A DNA stretch of 62,873 bases, filler included, from Octopus bimaculoides (lineage: Eukaryota): assembly GCF_001194135.2 (NCBI RefSeq). It is 3 parts of 3 records of this genome, joined end to end, with 100 filler letters (N's around TTAATTAATTAA, not from the genome) between each part and the next. Parts side by side here need not be neighbours in the genome. Positions count along the whole stretch, not along the records: positions 49,124 to 62,873 come from NC_069002.1; 2 more parts are not named here. One strand, written 5' to 3'. A model generated the notes under the pieces. That model searched no databases. It had not been told where the DNA came from and saw only the letters and a program-made list of their open reading frames with translations. Position numbers and translations under genes: made by a program. Position 1 is the first letter of the stretch. Every line of letters begins with the position of its first letter. This document shows, in pieces, positions 53,363 through 62,873 of the stretch.

Positions 53363-54773
53363 GCACACATAGCATCAACACACCCGCCCTTTGACAGAGT
53401 TGGACAAGTAAATAAATAGAGAGATTGATAGACTGATGAATGGATGGACTGACAGAGAGACGGACAGAGAGACGGACAGACAGACAGACAGACAAACACA
53501 CAGATAAAAATATTACACCAGTCTTTTAAAGCATGGGCATATGAAAAATTTACGAGCAGATACATAGTTTTATATGTATGAGCGTGTATGCTCGTGTGAG
53601 CGTGCGTGCGTTTGTGTGTGTCTCTGTGTGTGCATACACATATATGTGTGCATGTGGCTGTTTCTGTGCGTACATCTTCATGTAATCGTTGGTCAGTGTA
53701 TCTATTTGTGTCTTCTGTGGATATATTTCTCTTTATTCAGGTATCTCAATATTATGTGAGTGTTCCACAGTCTATATTTATGCCGCTGTACAAGACATTT
53801 CCGCTCTTAATTTTTTGTCTCTTTTTATACATTCATGATTGAAATAATTAATGCGGGAGATATAACTCAATATAGCTCTGGAATACCATGCTGCAATATA
53901 CAAGTGCATTAGTTTTCATAAACTGCCATCCTCCAATCTATACCTACTCGATTCTTCCTGCAAATACGTATTTCTATTTAATCAATTATTTAATACTACT
54001 TTTGCTCCACAACATCAACTTTCTCTATTCAGTGGCTTTCACTCCGATACGAATATTCCTTCACATAAATATAGTTTACTTCCTTTCTACTTTTCCCGCT
54101 TTACATTTACAGATTAATTTGATTTTAGGCCATTCTTGTCAATATGGAAATGATGATAATGTTTCCCTATACCATGAAAGCAGTACTTACGAATTGTATT
54201 ACCCGTGAACCTCTCATTTTAAGCGTTCGATTTTGATTTAAGATTCTGAATGATTTTATTATTCATGGTTATGGACAAATAAATCTACCTACGAGTCACA
54301 GGACGTTAAGCAATTTTGATATGCCACATTAGAAATAATAGAAAACTGTATATTTCTTAAATGAAATTATATGTGATTTTTCTCGCAGAAAAAGTTTAAT
54401 GTGTAGAACATAACTTCTTGAGCTTTAAATTTGATCAATAAACATTAAATGATACATGAATATAGAAGCGAATTCGTGTATTTAGGTAGTGTTATCGATA
54501 GCTGGACAACACTGGTTTAGTTTAGCTGTATCCAGTGAATAGAGAGGAAAATAAGACACAATATTTATTTTAACGACCATTGGTCGCACAAATGCAGGGG
54601 AATAAATGCAACGGGGAAGGTGTTGATATATTTATGGTTTTTAATGTCATAAATACATCTTACTGTCGTTCAACACTTGAAATGGTCGCTGGAATTCGTT
54701 AGAGTTATAAGGTCTAAGCTGGGGAACTGCAAGCAAATATACTCATACACACACATACACACACAAACACACA

Positions 54774-54806
<33 letters not shown>

Positions 54807-56263
54807 GCGCGCTTACACATATATACATGCATAAGCATACACACACACACGTATAATCAAACCGGTCATTACATTAACGTACACAGTGAAATTTTAAGAT
54901 TATTTTACCAGTTTAAGGTATTCGTTGATTATACAACCCAATGAAAAGTAAATCTGTTGTTGTCTTAAAGAGTCTTTTATGAAATACATGATAGTGACAA
55001 ACAAGACAGATTTGGCATTCGTTGGTTGCGAAATTGGCGATTTATTTTCACGAACATTATTTTATATTTTATGAAATACGTGAAATATATTTGGTGAGCA
55101 ATCGTAAATCGGTGTAATATGACTCCTCATCAAAGAATGAGCTGCCAATGAAATCGTAGTTTATTTATCTTTTGGAAATCTTTTCTAAGGTTAATGTGAG
55201 TAATCTTTAGCGTTTAGATATAATTTCAATAGTGTTCGAAGAATATTTCTGTCAGAAATATTGATGTTAACACCCAATAACATGACCATAAAATGCATAC
55301 ATGTACGTAGGACTATTCGCACACACAAAGCATATAAAATACATGCATAGTTATAATCACACATACAATTATTAGATATATTCAAACACTAACACACGTA
55401 TATAGTTGCACACACGTAGATACTTACACACATCCAATCGCGCGCGGACACACACAAACACACACTAAACACACCCACACACACACACACACTAAACACA
55501 CACACACACACACACACACATACACACTAAAGACGATTGAGTCTCACCGGCAATTTTGAGGAATGATCACTCATTTCTTAGCTAAACTGGACGAACAATT
55601 CTCGAAGTCTACGTATGAAATGGTTGAGTATCTCTCAGCTACAAGTACCTATATCATAATTCTCGCGTAGAATCAGTGTGATATGGGGGTGGGAGTTTAG
55701 TTTTTTCAATTACTGGTACGAGATTCCTTACAGCTTCCGACCGATGTAATTCATTCAGAGAGAGGGAGCGAACCCGAATCTATTGTAGTGATACATTCAC
55801 CTAAGATGTCACACGTGGGAACGAACCAAAAACATGTTTGCAAAGCAAAATTGAGGCAACAATTTCTTGGTCTCGTTCAGACATCAGCTGGAAGGTATTG
55901 TATTCTTCTTTGTCTTGCTCTCTTTCTCTCCTTCTCTCTTTATTTCCGAACTTCAAATACTGACCTTTGCTTTCCATTATTTCAGAGTTTATTTGTCAGG
56001 TAAAGAGAGCGAATCATTTTGTCTCCTCCTTCACCTGTGGATAGCTACTTGCCTGTGGAGGTAGTCTCCTGGCTCAGACGTGCAGAGGCGGCGAGCACTG
56101 TACAGAAGCCATGAAGTCAGATTCTATGACATGTGTACTTCAATTAGATTCCTCTGTCAAATAAGAGTACTGACTTGTATTCTTCATTGGTTTGTATACT
56201 ACTTCTGTCTTGAAGAGAAATTTTCTAAGGAACTAGATTCCTAGTTAGAAAATCAGTGATTTT

Positions 56264-56470
56264 ATGACACGGCAAAACGTGGGTCCTTTATGGAAGAGAT
56301 TCAATAACATCGAAATCAAGTGGTCTGGTAAACTCGAAACTAGTATGGTAGGAGTTATCTCCCGTTTGCAACAAATATCATGGCCGGAAAGCGCACTGAA
56401 TAAACCAGCTGGAGGAGATTCCTTCCTGGAGTTAAAACAGCAGAATCATCGTCTCTTCCAGCACACCCAT
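56264..56470 (+). mobile_element. Possible old RTE-type LINE remnant
   Basis: HGKTWVLY (one frame) then RLQQISWPES..N...LKQQNHRLFQH resembles YG.ETW..Y / RIL.ISW.....N / R.R..GH. Confidence 0.35.
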
Positions 56471-56567
56471 GTTAAATCGGCGAGGAATATTGTCGTGCAT
56501 CCACACACACACACACACGCACACGCACATGCACACAAACATATATGTATATGTATATCTATCTATT

Positions 56568-56655
<88 letters not shown>

Positions 56656-57432
56656 AACGTATCAACACATAGGTAAAGAGGTAGGGAGAAAGAGAGTAAG
56701 TCCTTGCAACGTAAGACCGCACGCCACATTTGAAGACCATTCGTCTTCTAGATGTCTTATTTTCTACTATATATCAGGTCAAATATGTTTGGAAAATGTT
56801 TGAACCTTCAAGAGCAACGTAAAGCTTCATGAGTCGGTAGATGCACTTCGAGCCCCTTAGCTCTCTTCATTACCAGGTACCAAGAGAGGCATGTCTGAAA
56901 TTAATTGAACTCTTAGCTTTCTTTATCAGAAATGAGTAAATATTATATATTAATTGCACGCACTGACCGCTAGGCCGACATTGATATGTGGTCAGATACT
57001 CGAATCAGTGACGGAAAATATTCAAACTCTAGACCAGTTCAAATATGTGTAGGATATGTTTGAAAGTCTAATGGTTTTTCACTGCAAGTTTAGCTTGGGG
57101 TCAAAAGGTTTAAGGCAAAAATAAGCATCAAAGGTTGAAATCTTCCAATCATATTTGAACTGATCTTAAGTTTGTTTATTTTACGTCATTGCTTCGAGGA
57201 AATAGCCACATAGTTTCTGGTATATTATGTCAATGTGAGGGGTGAACACAATCTAGCATATAATTGTTAAGTTGTTATCCTACTGTAAGACATGAAGCTA
57301 TGTTGTGGGATGTAGACAGACGCAAGTCAAGTTAACACGGCCGGATTTGATCTTCAAATAGATTGGAATCAAAACAAAATATTCAAAGCGGAGATCTAAC
57401 CTAACTTTGGGGTTGATATTTATGCCATTTAT

Positions 57433-57482
57433 ACCACAGAACTACCTAAATTTACTCTTGTAAATTTAGGTAGTTCTGTGGT
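57433..57482. repeat. Perfect 23-bp-stem hairpin with 4-nt loop
   Basis: ACCACAGAACTACCTAAATTTAC-TCTT-GTAAATTTAGGTAGTTCTGTGGT. Confidence 0.9.
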
Positions 57483-60079
57483 GCGTATGTAAATGTATAC
57501 TCTACATCTATGATTTAAATAATTCCAGTACGAAGAGCAATTTAATTATTTCGAATTAATTGCATTAATTCTAATTAATGACACTTCTCAAAATAATTAG
57601 TGCTCGCATGTAGAAACAATGATTCTATAAAAAGCGTTGGCAACAAAAATGTGTAGCTGACTGATTTTATGAATAGCAGACAATTAGGCACTCAATAGCT
57701 TATAAATAACATTCTATGTTACAAACTAAGAAAAGACGTCGGGAAGAAACAAAATTTTAGCACATCGAAATGTATTAATCTAATTAACTTCATCTCATAC
57801 GCATGCTTGTATTTTGCATATCATTTGGATTCTCAGCTAATGTTACATACATATTAATGAAGAATGGATAAAGAAAACGAAAGTGTTACTGATAGTAAAA
57901 CAATAAAACACATGTTCGATTCAACGATTTTCTATCAAGCCACTAGAAATAGCAACAAAAACTTTTTTCTCATACCTTATCTTACTAACATAAAACATAA
58001 TTATCCGATAGGTAACTCTAGACACATAATGGCTAAGACCACAATTGAATTCCAGATATGAGACGAAAAATCTTGAATAACTTTTCCTTTCTCTTCGTTT
58101 TGATATTACCTTATTCTCTATTATGTAAATAGACTCAACAGAAACTGACCATGGAATCGCTTAAAAAAGCCAGGAGAAAATGTAGATGAGAGAAGAGAAT
58201 ATATGTGAATAATTTCTTATCTTTCGTCTTACCATTATTTCTTTGATGTCCTTTACGACTATTTTTCCGATCAATATTGAAGATTGCACAGATCGGGAAA
58301 TTTGGTGAAAAAAACTTAAGTCGTAAAAGCTTACTTGCAAAGAATCTCTCGGATTAACATTTCGTAAACAAACTTCATACGTGTGCACAAACACACGCAT
58401 ACACACGCATATAATTATGCGTGTGTGTGCTTGTGCATATAGTACATACGTGAGCGCGCGTCCTTCTGTATACATGTATATATGTGCGTGTGAGGTGCGT
58501 AAGTGGTGCGTGGGATGTGCGTATATGTGTGTTTCTTTATGTGCATGTGCGCGCGCGCGTGCGTATGTGTGTGTGTTTAAAAGACTGGTCATTCACCACT
58601 ATTAAATTTAAAGCGAAAATGTCTGTGCTTTCAGATGACTTTCATGACTTCAGAGTAAGAGAGACGAAGCATTAGAAACTTTATGTAAAGACACACACTT
58701 CCACTGTATGCATCCAGTAATGGAAACATATAAATCCAGGTGAAGTATTCGTTGTGTTTATTTAGAGAGGGATGTAAAATTATGCATCGAGCAAGTAATA
58801 AAATGCACAATAGAAGAAATGTTGAAATAAGCGATTTTGGAGTGGTCTAGTTAACAAATTAGAAGTCTAAATATTGGTTATTAACTTTGGGACTAAAATA
58901 GCGGAAGGGTAACTAATCATGTTAGCTATAAAATCTCAGAAATATCTGATGACAGTTTTTATCACTTGAACTGCGGGCCTTCCGTTAAAGCAATATGTTC
59001 CACTGAGTTTGTGAATATTCATACCATGTCGAGATTTGAACAATCAAACTAATATAAACCAATATACTCAGCTTCCAAGGATATATGAAAAGTTGAGTGA
59101 GTACAATATTGAACGATAATATATCAATCTCCATAGATCGTGATGAAAAAACCTGCAGGAAAAAATTATGTCCATGCGTAGGTTAGATGTTTTGACAGTA
59201 GAACACGAGACACAAATAAGCTAATGGAAGAACATTAGAGGAAATCCAGAATTACGGAATATATCTCCGTTACAATGACTTTGTATTACAGAGTAATTGT
59301 AAGGTTGTTCTGTCGTACCAAAGAGACATAAAGGTATAATAAGCGAACGTCAGCAGTTCATAATATTAGTTGTACGTTTATTGGAACCTATGATCTCAAG
59401 TCATAACGTGTGTCTCCAAATTTCATGCATGAAAACACTTCTCCGCATGCATATAAATTACCGCAACATATAAATGTTTCACTCACAAAATCTTCGCAGT
59501 TGTTTTGGTGCTTTATAAAAGCCCGGGTAATAGGTGAAAAAGTGAAGAGAGAAAAAGGACGAAGTGAAATGGAATGAGCAGTATTACGAAGCAATAAACA
59601 GGTTTGCAAATACATGTGAAAAGGTTTGCTGAGAACGCTTGATTATGGATGTAGTATGTCGCTGTAGTAAGCACGTCTTCCGTCATTAAGCTGTTCAGCA
59701 ACTGAAATCTGTTTGGAGCTCTTGAACAGAGAAATGTGCTGTTTTTTATGAGGAGAGCTGCAGCTAAATTTTATAGTCTATTGTTTAGGATGCATCCTTG
59801 GAAAATTAGATTTTCAGATGCACACAAATTGCAAGTGATGTCACGTCCCAAAGCTACATTCTAAATATATTCAGTTTCTCCTGTTATTATATCCAGCGTA
59901 ATAATAGATACATATAACACACGCACACACACACATAAACACACACATATATATGTGTATGTGTATGTGTGAGTGTGCGTATGTATCTGTGTGTGCGCGA
60001 GCCAGCGATGATGTGTAAGTATATGTTTGTGTGTGTATACGCCATACCACGTGAGTTACGAGAAATGAAATTAAATTAT

Positions 60080-60240
60080 AAACTTGACAGTGGATTAATT
60101 GGGAATAACAATGAAATAGCATCTATTCTATACAAAGAATGTGCGGAAGAAATGGGAAAGTCTCTTGTTGGACCATTTCAGGCATTGTACTTAGCTCACC
60201 TCCGAACGCATCGGTTTCCTTCTAAAATCAATAGCAATAA
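60080..60240 (+). mobile_element. Possible old CR1/L2-like LINE RT N-terminal remnant
   Basis: ILYKECAEEMGKSL...FQ......FPSK resembles LKECAEEL..PL..IF..SL..G.FP..W. Confidence 0.35.
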
Positions 60241-60515
60241 GTTATCACTTCTTGATATTATCCCCCTTTCTCATTTGAAATTATTACCAATTGCTTCACA
60301 AGGGACAGCTCTACTCCCTCCTGAGGCGACGATAACTGCATTAAATTAAAACTATACTTTGCATACTATATTTTATGGTATATATTTAAATTTGTTATTG
60401 AAAGTATATGCGTTCATATGTCCGTGTGCTTGTGAGAAGCTGTTTATACATACATAAACACATACACAGGCACACACACAGACACACACACACACACATA
60501 CACACACACACACAT

Positions 60516-60551
<36 letters not shown>

Positions 60552-60584
60552 TAGTCGATATGCATGTGCCTATATCTATGTATT

Positions 60585-60617
<33 letters not shown>

Positions 60618-60619
<2 letters not shown>

Positions 60620-60815
60620 TTTTATTTAAAAGAGTTCCAACTCTGTCTGCTTTTTTATGTTTTATTTATGTTCTTGTAAAATTAATGTGCGATATAGAAT
60701 ATGGAATATATAATATATGATATAAAAATAAATGGTAAAATGAAATGAAGTATTGAATGTCTTATTGAATATATGAAATATTGAGTATTCAACATAAAGA
60801 ATTAAATATATTCAG
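60618..60815 (+). repeat. AT-rich interspersed repeat next to (TA)n, copy 2
   Basis: Aligns by eye to 10272-10512. Confidence 0.8.
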
Positions 60816-61090
60816 GCTAATACGTATTTTCATGCCTAATGGCATTCATCAAGGCCTCATCTGACAGACTGTAACAGACAGTATATATATCACTCGGCAT
60901 TGTAAATCCCGGCAGCTTCATAGCTAGGTTATTGTGGAAGGCTGACATTTAGACGGTGTGGAATGACTTTTTCGTCATTTGTTGGCTTTAGGAATCATAT
61001 GAGACATTATCACTCATGGAAACTATGTTACTTCGGGTGATGTGGGTTTAGAAATTGGTCTTTTTTAGTCACGGGTCAATCTTCACCACG

Positions 61091-61129
<39 letters not shown>

Positions 61130-61131
<2 letters not shown>

Positions 61132-61560
61132 AAATAAGCAACAAGGATATCCAAAGTTAATGCAGGAAGATCGTTTCAAGCGCCTCCATATATTTAAGAA
61201 ATGTGAACATTACATCAAATGTAAAATGCAGAGCAATCCTGAGCTCCACAAAGATATAGAAACTTACTGAAATTTCATTTCAACAGAAGGACATATTTTT
61301 GTAACTACATTTAAAATGTAGTTACATATTTTTGTGACTACAGTTTAAATGTAGTTACAAAAATATGTTCTTCTGTAAAAATGGAATTTCAGTAAATTTC
61401 TATGAATTTATGCACCTGAGGATTGCTGTGCATTTTACATTTAATTTAATGTTCACATTGTTCAAATAAATGGAGTCGCATGAAGCGATCGTACTGCATT
61501 AACTGTGAATATCCTTGTTGTTTATTTTGACCTTAATAACCTTAGTTTCGAATCGTTTGT
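61130..61560 (+). mobile_element. Possible Penelope-like 3' end: ORF tail, inverted repeat, decayed hammerhead
   Basis: Short ORF tail ending EHYI...NPELHKDIETY*, inverted repeat 61264-61395, hammerhead-like motif 61410-61499. Confidence 0.4.
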
Positions 61561-62145
61561 ATAATACCATACTTAATTCCGGTGCCTAAACTTAAATACC
61601 ATATTCACCTTGAATATATATATATATATANNNNNNNNNNNNNNNNNNNNNNNNNNNNNNNNNNNNNNNNNNNNNNNNNNNNNNNNNNNNNNNNNNNNNN
61701 NNNNNNNNNNNNNNNNNNNNNNNNNNNNNNNNNNNNNNNNNNNNNNNNNNNNNNNNNNNNNNNNNNNNNNNNNNNNNNNNNNNNNNNNNNNNNNNNNNNN
61801 NNNNNNNNNNNNNNNNNNNNNNNNNNNNNNNNNNNNNNNNNNNNNNNNNNNNNNNNNNNNNNNNNNNNNNNNNNNNNNNNNNNNNNNNNNNNNNNNNNNN
61901 NNNNNNNNNNNNNNNNNNNNNNNNNNNNNNNNNNNNNNNNNNNNNNNNNNNNNNNNNNNNNNNNNNNNNNNNNNNNNNNNNNNNNNNNNNNNNNNNNNNN
62001 NNNNNNNNNNNNNNNNNNNNNNNNNNNNNNNNNNNNNNNNNNNNNNNNNNNNNNNNNNNNNNNNNNNNNNNNNNNNNNNNNNNNNNNNNNNNNNNNNNNN
62101 NNNNNNNNNNNNNNNNNNNNNNNNNNNNNNNNNNNNNNNNNNNNN

Positions 62146-62179
<34 letters not shown>

Positions 62180-62745
62180 GCATACACGCTAACACACACA
62201 CGCGCGCAACACGCACAACACGCACGCACCCATACACACGTGCGCAAAAAAGGTTCATACACACGTCAATATACGCACATACCCAAGAAAAGAAACAGGG
62301 CTAAAGGCAAAATACAGAAAAAGTGTAAAAAAGTGTGAAAAAGTTATAAGGGCAAAACCCGTTTATATGCGCACATTCTCGCATGCACGCACGCGCATCT
62401 ATATACGCACGTACCCGCGCACACACACACACACACATCTATATACGCACGTAACCGCACACCCGCACACTTCCACAAGCGCTCACAAAAGGTCTCAATG
62501 TACACGTCTATAGACGCACAGGAAAAAGCAGGATGGAAGGGAGAATACAGAAAAAATATGCGTACAAAAATATACAAAACATCATCTCTATATAATCTTA
62601 AAGACTATTTTTTACACATATTTTTTCTGTATTTTTACTCCTTCACCTCACTTAGCGGTCATTCTAATAGCTCTTTTGTCTTAATAACGGTTAACCACAC
62701 AGTAATTTCCCTTTCTTTAACGGTCATTTACATAGCGATTTTCAA

Positions 62746-62819
62746 TGGCCAGATAACTGAAGAGATGGCCGTGTTGGTTTCCGGCCCGGCATTCGAAACT
62801 CGGAATTCTATCATGGCTA
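62746..62819 (+). ncRNA. Type I hammerhead ribozyme-like motif, slightly decayed
   Basis: Stem I TGGCCAGATA / TATC-A-TGGCTA, core CTGAAGA, stem II G...C with GCCG/CGGC, GAAAC, stem III ACTC-G-GAAT (one mismatch). Confidence 0.6.
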
Positions 62820-62873
62820 CCGAATAATTGTCACATATTATTTACAGATAAATTCCTCTAATTTCATAATATC

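Noticed and set aside
58934-58965. CTGATGA followed by a CAGTT/AACTG stem
   Set aside because: No GAAA or stem III after the helix.
2-62338. Dozens of YI/CV/HT/SL-repeat ORFs and X-containing ORFs in the track
   Set aside because: Translations of dinucleotide and tetranucleotide microsatellites and N gaps.

Overview
AT-rich, microsatellite-dense, gapped eukaryotic DNA. The tRNA-derived SINE families and repeat style point to an octopus (coleoid cephalopod) draft assembly; this is an inference, not a database result. Only one host protein-coding gene is well supported: the last three coding exons (5404-5557, 12071-12171, 13115-13231, + strand) of a calexcitin/sarcoplasmic calcium-binding-protein-like EF-hand gene whose 5' exons lie left of the window. 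The rest is SINEs (some with target-site duplications or nesting), decayed RTE-, R4/Dong- and CR1-like LINE pieces, a DDE transposase fragment, MITEs, Penelope-like terminal fragments and simple repeats, which generate nearly all ORFs in the supplied track. The most interesting signal is a set of type I hammerhead ribozyme motifs with palindromic stem III. One is essentially intact (16336-16386) and several are variant, decayed or truncated, in sequence-unrelated elements next to (TA)n/(CA)n tracts; two sit at inverted-repeat junctions. There are also candidate non-coding spliced exons on the minus strand, two unidentified decayed coding-like islands, and a SINE-poor zone after about 47 kb.
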